Positions 17,981 through 26,987 of a stretch of DNA of 64,000 nucleotides are shown in pieces. Source of the stretch: Candidatus Omnitrophota bacterium (lineage in GTDB: Bacteria; Omnitrophota; Gorgyraeia; Zapsychrales; Fredricksoniimonadaceae); the NCBI GenBank assembly GCA_015233675.1, contig JADFXH010000001.1, positions 209,138 through 273,137 of the forward strand, written 5' to 3'. Position numbers and translations under genes: made by a program. How positions within the stretch are numbered: the first letter of the stretch is position 1; each line of letters starts with the position of its first letter. The notes under the pieces are model-generated. The model was not told where the DNA came from. It did no database searches and saw only the letters and a list, made by a program, of their open reading frames with translations.

Positions 17981-19606
17981 TTATTTATCAAAAACAGTAA
18001 GGGTAAATTGCAGAGGAACGTAACCCATACTGCTTTGAGTTGATTGAGGCTGGCCGATGCTCAATCGTTGCGCGTCAAATCCATGATTAACCAAGAACTC
18101 ATGGACCAATCGAGCTCTGTCCTGGGCCAGAGCACTTAAGGCCTCTTGGTCCGGCGGAGCATTTTCAATTAATTGGCGCTTAATTTCCTCGTCGAATTTT
18201 GTGTCTTTATACCTGCCAACCCCTTGCTTATACTTCTTAGCCAAAGCCCATAAGCCGCGGATACCATAACGGCGTTGATACAACAATTGATAAACCTTGC
18301 TATCTGAACGTCTGGATTCTTTCCTTAATTTTTCATAATCCTTTGTAAATACATCTGCCTGTATCGCCTTCCAGTCCACCTGCGGGTCATAACTCCCGTT
18401 AATTTCAAGACGAAGCTTGGGATGTTCAGCAATGCCCTTAATCAATGTGACTAATTTTTGCTGCTGGTTGACAGTTATAACAGACTTGCCAGGGGCAAAA
18501 CGGACATACCCTAATTCATCAGTACTACTATCCGAACCACCTAAGGCGGAGGCTAGAAATGAAAACGGTTTAGTAACAAGATTAAGAAAGAAATTACGAA
18601 TAACCTGGAAAATTAAATGAGTATATTCAAATTTTGGATCACTCATATCACCGGATGCAGGCAATGCAATTTTGATCTTTCCCTGTGGATCTTCCAGAAG
18701 AGCAACAGCAAGGCCAAACGGCAAATGCAAAGCATCCTTGCTTTCTACGCTATTGCCAAATTCAAATCGCTGGATCAAAACCCTATGGCTGGCAACAAGC
18801 TTATTAGCTCCTATGCGATACTCCATTGTCAAATCTAACTTGCCGCTCCTTAATTCACGCCCCGTATACTTGCCAACATAAGGCGTCAGAATTCCTAATG
18901 CGTAACCATTGAGACTAAATGTTGTTTCCATTTCCAATGGGTGGGATAAGAGTTTAATAATCGTTTCCATCGTAATCTTTCCCTTATCATCTAAATTAGC
19001 CTGAAATTTGATCTTAGCCTGGTCCTCTGGATTTGTTGTAACATTAGTAACATGTAATTCCATGGCCCCCAATATCGTTGAAAAATCAGGTTTAATGGTT
19101 TTATCGGTAAAATGGACCTGCCCTTGGCGCAAAACAATACTATCAATGATAACCTCCGGCAACAAAACAGGTTTGTTGATGCCGGCTGTTGATTGTTTGG
19201 GGCCTTTTGCTGGTTGAGCAGCTGCCTGGGGAACAAGTTCTAAAAGATTGATCTTATTACCGGGCAGTAACTCAACGTTGACCCGAAGCCCATCCAGCTC
19301 AAAAGTTTCCACGTGATAAATTTTCTTAAACAAATCAACAGGGCTCATTTTCACAAATAATTTGTCAAAGCCGGCCATAACCTGATTTGTATTGTCCAAA
19401 ATTTCAAAATTATTAAGCGTCAGTTGCAGTAAAAAAGGGTTAAGGCCTACTGAATGTATATGGACAGGGTGCTTAAGAAGCTTTGTCCCCTGGTTTGAAA
19501 TTGCCCAGGTAAGGACAAGCGGGATTACAATAAAACCTGTAATGGTATAAAACAGGAATATCCCTAAAATTGTTTTTAAAAAAATCCGTAAAATTTTTTG
19601 TAACAT
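17981..19606 (-). CDS. DUF748 domain protein with OmpA-like C-terminus
   Basis: LNPFLL, PYVGKYTG...GKLDL, LPFGLAVALLEDPQGKIKIALPASGDMSDPKF. Confidence 0.85.
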   Translation of the reverse strand: MLQKILRIFLKTILGIFLFYTITGFIVIPLVLTWAISNQGTKLLKHPVHIHSVGLNPFLLQLTLNNFEILDNTNQVMAGFDKLFVKMSPVDLFKKIYHVETFELDGLRVNVELLPGNKINLLELVPQAAAQPAKGPKQSTAGINKPVLLPEVIIDSIVLRQGQVHFTDKTIKPDFSTILGAMELHVTNVTTNPEDQAKIKFQANLDDKGKITMETIIKLLSHPLEMETTFSLNGYALGILTPYVGKYTGRELRSGKLDLTMEYRIGANKLVASHRVLIQRFEFGNSVESKDALHLPFGLAVALLEDPQGKIKIALPASGDMSDPKFEYTHLIFQVIRNFFLNLVTKPFSFLASALGGSDSSTDELGYVRFAPGKSVITVNQQQKLVTLIKGIAEHPKLRLEINGSYDPQVDWKAIQADVFTKDYEKLRKESRRSDSKVYQLLYQRRYGIRGLWALAKKYKQGVGRYKDTKFDEEIKRQLIENAPPDQEALSALAQDRARLVHEFLVNHGFDAQRLSIGQPQSTQSSMGYVPLQFTLTVFDK

Positions 19607-19682
19607 CTTAAGTCCCCGTATATTCTGCCCTTCAATTAGACCTAAAATATTTTATATCTATTACATTTAAATGCATAGGATT

Positions 19683-20195
19683 TTATTTATTATGCCCTAA
19701 AATCCATAAAGGTTTTAACAAAAACTGAATACTCACCCCTCCCCAGTACCGGGAATCCCAGCTGTTTTTCACAAAATCACTCAATAAGATATATTTTCCT
19801 TTATTTAATAGCCCTGCTTTCTGGTCATAAAAGAGCTTCAATGCCCTTCCGGATGAATCTTTGCCCATTATAGGGTATGAGTGCCCATTTATTTTTAAAG
19901 ACCCGTTTTCCACAATAAAGTGGTCGCCGGGTATTCCTTGGACCACTTTAAGGACCAACACTGTACCGGTCTCGCAACTACCCTGTGCCAAATAAGCCCG
20001 GTCGATGCCATACTGAGAGATTTCCCTGGTCAAACAAGTGGCTGCGTAATCTCCACGTTTAGGAGCTCCTTCGATTTTCATATAGATGCCGTATGGTAAA
20101 GAGTGAGTAAAGATATTAAAATAAAAAATATGAGTAAAATCTAAAATAATTAATGCGGATAAAATCAAAAGCAGCCATTGCATCGTTCTAGTCAT
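19683..20195 (-). CDS. traF: S26-family peptidase, conjugative TraF (pilin maturase) type
   Basis: FTHSLPYGIY (catalytic Ser), GSC...LVLKVVQGIPGD (Lys), DSSGRAL, SWDSRYWG; start uncertain (20195 or 20252). Confidence 0.85.
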   Translation of the reverse strand: MTRTMQWLLLILSALIILDFTHIFYFNIFTHSLPYGIYMKIEGAPKRGDYAATCLTREISQYGIDRAYLAQGSCETGTVLVLKVVQGIPGDHFIVENGSLKINGHSYPIMGKDSSGRALKLFYDQKAGLLNKGKYILLSDFVKNSWDSRYWGGVSIQFLLKPLWILGHNK

Positions 20196-20238
20196 AGCGG
20201 GAAAAATAATTAAAGAAGCCTGCACTGTAAATCCAAGC

Positions 20239-20955
20239 TTAGGTATTCGCACAAATTCCGATATAATTTACTGAATTGGAAATATAGGCCCTTCGGCAGT
20301 CACCATGGGTATACGCGGACACCACCCGGTTAGTAATATGAGCCTCAATATACTGGTCATTTTCGCAACCGCCCTTGCCGGAACTGTCATAAGTTTCGGC
20401 TTGGGAAGAAGATATGAGCCACTGGCATTGAGCATCTGTGTATCCGGAGGGCAAAGGAATAGTCCCCCTGTCCTCTATGGTGCCGGTGACAACAAATACC
20501 GGCGGCGTTGTCGGCCCACCGGGAACGCTTATGGTACTCGTCACTGTAGTTCCAAAGACATTGGTTAAAGGCAATTTGGACACGACAATATTCTGGGCCC
20601 CGTCATTCACAGTCGTGGAAACTGTCAAGAAGGCCGATGTCGAGCTCATGGTGTAGTTGTGATTAAATGGATTTAAAGCATTCCAACTTGACGGGAGATA
20701 ACCTGATGATTCAAGGTCATTAGGCGGAGTATTTATTGAGCTTGGCCAGCCAGCTCCTTTTTGCAAATAATAACTGCGGGCCGCATCCTGAATGTTTTGA
20801 ATTTCCAGTGCTGTCTTTGTTCCTGCCTTTTCCAGGTAAGCACGGTACATCGAAGGAACGGCAAAAGTTAACAACACTGTCATAATAATTACAACTATGG
20901 TTAACTCCAATAAACTGAAGGCCTTTTTATTATTTATACAAATATAGAAGGTCAT
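20239..20955 (-). CDS. Minor pilin/tip adhesin (PilV-like) with C-terminal beta domain
   Basis: KKAFSLLE prepilin motif, NPFNHNY, Pro/Thr linker, TGTIEDRGTIPLPSGYTDAQCQW domain; start uncertain. Confidence 0.78.
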   Translation of the reverse strand: MTFYICINNKKAFSLLELTIVVIIMTVLLTFAVPSMYRAYLEKAGTKTALEIQNIQDAARSYYLQKGAGWPSSINTPPNDLESSGYLPSSWNALNPFNHNYTMSSTSAFLTVSTTVNDGAQNIVVSKLPLTNVFGTTVTSTISVPGGPTTPPVFVVTGTIEDRGTIPLPSGYTDAQCQWLISSSQAETYDSSGKGGCENDQYIEAHITNRVVSAYTHGDCRRAYISNSVNYIGICANT

Positions 20956-21352
20956 AAATAAGTCTTCCGGAAAATTCATTCGGCATGCTTCTTGTGATGC
21001 TGATCTGGTCCCCTGTTGCTCCGGGTGTAACTATTAAAAAGCTCCCCTCATTGGGGTCTATTAAAATCCCTTTGGGAATTGTCGTTGAGACAGTGAACAT
21101 ATTATTCTTAAACGCAAGCTGATAGCTATATCCAAACGGATTGCTTTTATCCGCCTGTGTCATATACGTATCCCCTAATGATGAATTATAGTAATCCATC
21201 GCCGCTTCTGCGATTGAGCCCATTTCCCTGACTGTTGCCTGAAACCTGGCACGATCAATGAATTTTGCGCCATTACTGATAATCGTAGTTAATAAAACTC
21301 CGATGATAACCATGACAAGCGTCAACTCCAGCAACGTAAAGGCATTTTTCAT
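20930..21352 (-). CDS. Type IV pilin/pseudopilin
   Basis: MKNAFTLLELTLVMVIIGVLL, NPFGYSY; ATGA overlap with the upstream pilin. Confidence 0.85.
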   Translation of the reverse strand: MKNAFTLLELTLVMVIIGVLLTTIISNGAKFIDRARFQATVREMGSIAEAAMDYYNSSLGDTYMTQADKSNPFGYSYQLAFKNNMFTVSTTIPKGILIDPNEGSFLIVTPGATGDQISITRSMPNEFSGRLIYDLLYLYK

Positions 21353-21807
21353 TGCAAGGTTGTTGTCCATGTCTGGCTTGATGCCGTATAACTTGGCGGA
21401 AGTGCCGATATTTTAGTTAATGCTGTTGTTAATTTTGCAGCGGGTATAGCCGGCACTGCCGTTAACCCGATATCAAGCATTTGTGAATTGTTGGCATCAA
21501 CGTTAACGGTATAATCCCCGTTCCATGGGTTGGTTGTTATCGCAGTAAATTGCGCGGGCAAATACCCGGCGGCCAACTTGGCAAAAGTTATACCCGTATA
21601 AACACCCCCGTTATCGCTGGCCCACTCAACACTTGCAGTCTGGATGGCCTTGATACTAGCAATAGCATTTGCGATACGGCTGCTATCGGTTGCGGTTTGC
21701 CCTAACGGTACGACAGCCAGTAAAATAACACTGATGATCACCAGCACGACCACCATTTCGATAACAGTAAAACCTTTCCTGATTTTTAATTTTCTAATCA
21801 TGTCCAT
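21349..21807 (-). CDS. Type IV pilin (probable major pilin)
   Basis: RKGFTVIEMVVVLVIISVILL, LAAGYLP, NPWNGDYTV. Confidence 0.88.
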   Translation of the reverse strand: MDMIRKLKIRKGFTVIEMVVVLVIISVILLAVVPLGQTATDSSRIANAIASIKAIQTASVEWASDNGGVYTGITFAKLAAGYLPAQFTAITTNPWNGDYTVNVDANNSQMLDIGLTAVPAIPAAKLTTALTKISALPPSYTASSQTWTTTLQ

Positions 21808-21833
21808 TTCTTTTATCCCCTTTTTTAATTGGT

Positions 21834-23033
21834 TTATTTGAATACCCCTTCACCCATCCGGTTTATATTTGTATAGATCGGCAAAATAAAAGAACACAGG
21901 ATCGTAAGCAAAAATAACGCAGCCACAACTAGCAATGAAGGCTCGATGATCGCGATAAGCGCCGCAATTGATTCCTTGCTCTTAATATCGTAATACTTAT
22001 AAATACGTTCCAGATATTGCGGTAAAAAACCACTTACCTGGCCTTTACTCAAATTCTGGCAAACAAACGGCGGGAAGAATGGATCTTGTTTAAAGGCATC
22101 ACCTAAAGAGATCCCTTTAAATATCCTCTCCCGGATTAAAATCAGTCTTCCTGTAATGCAGGTATTGCTGGCTTGATGGATATTAGTGATTGTTTGAACA
22201 ATGTTCACGCCGCTTTTTTGATACACATATAAATTCAAGAACACATGGGACAACTCGATATTTTTAATCAGGTCTCCCACCAACGGTATACTCAATATAA
22301 CTTCCATCAACCTTTCACTATAATTATGCCAAAGGTGTTTTATCAGGAAGACTGCCGTCACTAAACATGAAATAACCACCCACCAGTATTCTTTTATAAA
22401 ACCGGCGTATCCGACCAGAATCATAGCGGATAAACTGTTTCCGGAACCCGACGGCAAAAAAGCTTTCAGCAAGGGGACCAGTTTGATGGAGATAAATATC
22501 GATAATCCTGTCAATAAACAAAAAATCACTCCCGGATAGATCAACGCCCTGGTAATTTTCTTTTGATTTTCATCCTTGAAATTATAATATTGAGCTAAAA
22601 GGTCTGATAATTCCGGGATGTTACCGGTCTTCTCTGCCGCGCTTAGCGATACACAGACAATCTTGGAAAAAATCTTTGTATTTTCAAATGACTCTTCCAG
22701 AGACCGCCCGTCATTAATAAAATTACATATTTTTTTAAGGGCTTCTTTTAAAACAGGATTTGAGCTTGTTTCATTTAATGTGTTAATGGCTTCATTGACT
22801 GATAAACCGCATTTTTGCATATCGGCGAAATCCTTGAAAAATACGGACAGCACCGATGATGATAATCTGCGGTTTTGAAATATACTCTTTATAAACGCCG
22901 GATAATCAGGAGTAATATTCAGAATTTCAAGGCCGTAAACCAAGGCCTGATTCTTAGCATCTTCCAGACTCCCGTCGAAGGTTTGAGTAATTTCAGATCT
23001 CTTGGCCGTCAAAGCTTCAATTTTCCAATACAT
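21834..23033 (-). CDS. Type IV filament inner-membrane platform (PilC/GspF)
   Basis: AAEKTGNI, ALIYP, IIEPSL, duplicated T2SSF domains. Confidence 0.93.
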   Translation of the reverse strand: MYWKIEALTAKRSEITQTFDGSLEDAKNQALVYGLEILNITPDYPAFIKSIFQNRRLSSSVLSVFFKDFADMQKCGLSVNEAINTLNETSSNPVLKEALKKICNFINDGRSLEESFENTKIFSKIVCVSLSAAEKTGNIPELSDLLAQYYNFKDENQKKITRALIYPGVIFCLLTGLSIFISIKLVPLLKAFLPSGSGNSLSAMILVGYAGFIKEYWWVVISCLVTAVFLIKHLWHNYSERLMEVILSIPLVGDLIKNIELSHVFLNLYVYQKSGVNIVQTITNIHQASNTCITGRLILIRERIFKGISLGDAFKQDPFFPPFVCQNLSKGQVSGFLPQYLERIYKYYDIKSKESIAALIAIIEPSLLVVAALFLLTILCSFILPIYTNINRMGEGVFK

Positions 23034-23037
23034 AAAT

Positions 23038-24669
23038 TCATCCTAAAACCCTGACGGCCTCTTCAATTGAGGTATCGCCCCTTAATATAAGCGACTTCAT
23101 GTCATCCATCATCGTTTTATACGTCCCTCGTCTTCGTAACAGGGAATAGATTTCCCCTAAAGCATTTTTAGCAATAAGTTCTTTAATTTCAGGATCAATA
23201 AACAATACTTCAGCTACTACTGTTCTTCCCAAATAACCATTTCGGCATCGTTCGCAGCCATTGGCCCGATATAGCATTTGAATTCCTTGGCTTAAATACT
23301 TTGCTTTATAGGGCTCAAAGGTGTCTTGCGCCCCTGCAAACGAACTCTTGCAAAAGTGACAAAGTTTTCTAACCAGCCTTTGAGAAACTACGGCCACCAA
23401 ACAACTGGAGATGTTTACTGCATCCACGCCCAAATCTTTTAACCTTAAAATTGCTGAAATCGGGTCGTTGGTATGTAAGGTTGAGAAAATTTGAAGCCCG
23501 GTATTGGCTGCGCGTAAAGATTCATCCGCTGTCTCTTTGTCCCGGATCTCTCCGATCAAAATCACGTCAGGGTCTTGCCGCAGGAATGCTCGGATAGCCA
23601 TGCCGAATGTCAGATTTTGTGACTGATCAACCTGAACTTGAGACATTAACGAATGGGTGATCTCAACGGGATCCTCAATGGTAAGAATTTTCTTAGAAAT
23701 TGATTTAATCTGGTTTAATACCGCTGACAGGGTCGTTGATTTTCCGCTGCCGGTGGGGCCGGTGACTAAAATCAAACCGTGAGGGACAATGATGGCCTGA
23801 TTGATTAATTTATGGTTATGCCCTGAATAACCCAGACTTTCCAAGGGGATGGATGCGCGGGCCTTGTCCAGAAGACGTAAAACAATGCCCGGTCCATGAA
23901 TAGTCGGGATTTGTGAAAACCTGACATCAACCGTCCTTGCCATTTCTTTAAATTCATGATCAAATCTACCATCCTGAATAGTGTAATCACAGGGATTGCC
24001 CTTACATTTAGTCAAAATTATATTAGCCAGCTTAGAGATATATTCCGGCTTAAGACAGTTGATAGGGGTTAATAATCCATCAATTCTAAACCGGATGTCA
24101 GTGGTATTACCGGTAGGCTCTATATGAATATCCGTGCTGCGCGTGATAATCGCCAGATTGATAATGGCATTAAACCACAAAGCTAATGAATCAATTCCTT
24201 TTAATTTTAATATCTCAATTTCAGAAAGTAATTTTTGCCTATCCTTCTCCAAAATTATCAAATCCAAAGCATTCCTGATATCATTCTCTGTGCCTATGTA
24301 AAAATTCACTCCCTTATTACCAAAATTATTCTTAAGAAAGTCTGTAACTTCAACGTTATCTATAAACGAAACAACAAATGACGGGATAGGCCCGTTTTTT
24401 AACGGAAAAATCTGGTGCTCACAGAAATAACCCAACCCCACCCGTTCAATTGCCTCATAGTCAGGCATATAATCATTTTTAAAAAACTTCCAGCCGATCT
24501 GTTTTGAAAGACACACCGCTAATTCTTCATCATTGATAAATCCATGATGCTTTAAAATAGACCCTAAGCGATTTTTAGGATTTGTTCTCTTATACTCAAG
24601 GCAGTGGTCAAGCTCTTCTTGAGTTAAAAGTTTACCTTCAATTAATAATTCACCGATCTTTGCTAACAT
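23038..24669 (-). CDS. Pilus assembly ATPase (PilB/GspE)
   Basis: STDIHIEP, QDGRF, GPTGSGKSTT, TIEDPVE, LRQDPDVILIGEIRD, STLHTND, CHFC/CERC Zn motif. Confidence 0.96.
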   Translation of the reverse strand: MLAKIGELLIEGKLLTQEELDHCLEYKRTNPKNRLGSILKHHGFINDEELAVCLSKQIGWKFFKNDYMPDYEAIERVGLGYFCEHQIFPLKNGPIPSFVVSFIDNVEVTDFLKNNFGNKGVNFYIGTENDIRNALDLIILEKDRQKLLSEIEILKLKGIDSLALWFNAIINLAIITRSTDIHIEPTGNTTDIRFRIDGLLTPINCLKPEYISKLANIILTKCKGNPCDYTIQDGRFDHEFKEMARTVDVRFSQIPTIHGPGIVLRLLDKARASIPLESLGYSGHNHKLINQAIIVPHGLILVTGPTGSGKSTTLSAVLNQIKSISKKILTIEDPVEITHSLMSQVQVDQSQNLTFGMAIRAFLRQDPDVILIGEIRDKETADESLRAANTGLQIFSTLHTNDPISAILRLKDLGVDAVNISSCLVAVVSQRLVRKLCHFCKSSFAGAQDTFEPYKAKYLSQGIQMLYRANGCERCRNGYLGRTVVAEVLFIDPEIKELIAKNALGEIYSLLRRRGTYKTMMDDMKSLILRGDTSIEEAVRVLG

Positions 24670-24672
24670 GCT

Positions 24673-25305
24673 TTATTCCGGTTTATAGTCGATGGTCTTA
24701 GTCAATTCCTGCGGTGCGCTAAAATGCAGGGTCACACCGGTGTCGGAAATAGACAAAACTTGAATGCTATCAGTTGGACTGGATTTCTCTTTGACCTGAA
24801 AACTAACGCCTGCGATGGAGAGGATCGCCTCTTTCTTGACATTATCCCCTCCAATATACTCTACTTTAATTTCAGGCATATTTTTTTGGCCATCGACGGA
24901 TGGATCTTTAAAGTTTCCCCTATTCTCACTTTTTAATTTATTGATCTGGGCAAGAGCTTTTTCCTGTTCAAGCTCTAGATTGGTTTGTTCAAGTTTATTC
25001 TTTAAATATTTCGTCTGTTTTTGCTCTTGGCGATCACGATCAAGCTGTTGTTGGATCGCGGCATCATCTTCTTTGGGAGTGCCTGACTCAACTCCTCCTT
25101 TAAGCCCTGTTTCTGCGCTTGGATTTACAGCAACAGGCCTTGCTGAAATAACTTTCATTGACTCCATTTCAGATGCGGCCCCAAGACTTTCCGGTGCCGG
25201 TAAATTTGTCCTCGGGCTGAGTCTCCAAAGGGTCACAATAATTGCAAAAATGCCAAACAAAAAAGGCACTAATACTTTCTTTGAAAATAACTTTTTAAAG
25301 TCCAT
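24673..25305 (-). CDS. Pilus accessory protein (PilP/GspC-like position)
   Basis: N-terminal TM, coiled coil, C-terminal beta domain (AILSIAG...VLSISDTGVTL); operon position. Confidence 0.55.
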   Translation of the reverse strand: MDFKKLFSKKVLVPFLFGIFAIIVTLWRLSPRTNLPAPESLGAASEMESMKVISARPVAVNPSAETGLKGGVESGTPKEDDAAIQQQLDRDRQEQKQTKYLKNKLEQTNLELEQEKALAQINKLKSENRGNFKDPSVDGQKNMPEIKVEYIGGDNVKKEAILSIAGVSFQVKEKSSPTDSIQVLSISDTGVTLHFSAPQELTKTIDYKPE

Positions 25306-25789
25306 AGATTTCCCCTTTAACAATTAAATTATTTTTATCTTTGCTTATTTCTGAGACCATAAAATCAGTGTTCTTCTCTAATAAATGAATATCGTCTAAC
25401 ACGGCCCCCATATCCGTCTCTTTTGAAAACTTATCTACCACGATCTTAATTTTTAATCCCCTGACTCCCTCATACTCCGTATCCACATAATGATCTGAAA
25501 TGTCATCCGCATCCTTAAACCCCTCTAACTGGACATTCATGTCGGTCCCGCTGCAGCTTTCAAGCATCCTGATCTGGCTCATGACCAAACCATATTCAAT
25601 CGACAGAAGCACAGGCCCGCGTTTAACTAAAGATTCCCGATCATTGATTTTTTGTTTCATATCCAGATTGTTTGCCTGCATCTGTACGGCTTCATATCTC
25701 AGTTTATCTACCCGTGCTTTAGCAGACATCCCAAAATTAATCAAAACCATCGATGCAATGAATGAAGTAAAAATGATGGTTTTATTCAT
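25295..25789 (-). CDS. Pilus accessory protein (PilO/GspM-like position)
   Basis: Single N-terminal TM, coiled coil, ferredoxin-like C-terminus; translational overlaps within the operon. Confidence 0.5.
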   Translation of the reverse strand: MNKTIIFTSFIASMVLINFGMSAKARVDKLRYEAVQMQANNLDMKQKINDRESLVKRGPVLLSIEYGLVMSQIRMLESCSGTDMNVQLEGFKDADDISDHYVDTEYEGVRGLKIKIVVDKFSKETDMGAVLDDIHLLEKNTDFMVSEISKDKNNLIVKGEIYGL

Positions 25790-26973
25790 AGGGTTACTCT
25801 CAAATGTTTTCCCGGCAGGTTATTCACAAAGACATCTTTAATATCCGCTGTTTTTAAAATTCTTACCTTAGGAATGGGATCGAATGCTTTCCCATTTTCA
25901 GAAGACAATGAGACTTCTAAGTCCCATTTATCCGATCTAATAAATTTGAATGAATCCACTTCGTAGCTCGAAGGGACCAAATCAAGGACAGCAAGATAGG
26001 ATACCCCATAATTAAGGGATTTATGCTTTCTCAAGTCTTCCCTGTACGTCTCTCTATCTAATGATTTTAGCTTTTCATCCAATCGTTCATTGTCCTGTCT
26101 GGCTAAAGCACGTTGATTGCTCACTAGCCCTAACTCGAGCTTATTAAACAAAAAATAAAATAACCCTACTGCCGCCACACATAAGGAAATCCCTGTCGTC
26201 ATGGCATTCTTTTTTAATTCAATTTCCCTGCGTTTTTTAATAATTTCTTCAGGCAATCTGAACTTGACTGGGGTATTTGTTTCTTTTAAACCTTCTAATG
26301 CAGGGCAGGCAACATCTAAGCATTCCACCGGCAGGTTTTCTTTATTTTTAGAGATCTCAGAGGCTAATACATGATTATTGACCAATATTATAAAATCTGT
26401 ACTCTTCCTGCTTAAATACTCTTCGTTTTTCTTAAAAAAATCGATCTGGGAGCGCTTGATTTCAGGTAAAATATCTTCACCATTGTTTACTATAACTCTT
26501 GTCCGGCTGAATTTTAAACCATCAAAGACAGTTAATAATCTCTCCCTCCCCCAGTCATCCACAAAGACTACAGTTTTATTCAGATAGATTTTTTTATTAA
26601 CCAGAGTATTACGCAAAGCAATGCCATAGGGAATAAAAGACCTGACTTTTGAGGGTGGTATAAACGAGTAAACTTCTCTCACCTTTTGTTCTTTGATCCC
26701 CATGACCTGAAAAAGATTATTATCTATCCTTTCATCCTGGATAATATAGGCTTCATGCTGGTAAAGTTCCTTGAACTTACGCACCAGGATACTGTCTTTC
26801 TTCTCTACCGGACTTTCCACAGCGGCCGCGATGAGGACATCAACATCAACCACACAGAGATTCGCTTCTTCGACAGACCCTAAAATATCTTTATAGTCAT
26901 TGCCTTTATCTATACGATGCACACTGGTCCCGTCGCTTACCATGATCTCGTTGTTAAATAATAAATAGTTCAT
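25786..26973 (-). CDS. Pilus alignment protein (PilM-PilN fusion/GspL-like)
   Basis: Cytoplasmic actin-like pattern (VVFVDDWG...LTVFDGLKFSR), one TM, periplasmic coiled coil. Confidence 0.55.
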   Translation of the reverse strand: MNYLLFNNEIMVSDGTSVHRIDKGNDYKDILGSVEEANLCVVDVDVLIAAAVESPVEKKDSILVRKFKELYQHEAYIIQDERIDNNLFQVMGIKEQKVREVYSFIPPSKVRSFIPYGIALRNTLVNKKIYLNKTVVFVDDWGRERLLTVFDGLKFSRTRVIVNNGEDILPEIKRSQIDFFKKNEEYLSRKSTDFIILVNNHVLASEISKNKENLPVECLDVACPALEGLKETNTPVKFRLPEEIIKKRREIELKKNAMTTGISLCVAAVGLFYFLFNKLELGLVSNQRALARQDNERLDEKLKSLDRETYREDLRKHKSLNYGVSYLAVLDLVPSSYEVDSFKFIRSDKWDLEVSLSSENGKAFDPIPKVRILKTADIKDVFVNNLPGKHLRVTL

Positions 26974-26987
26974 TCTTTAGTCTTTGT

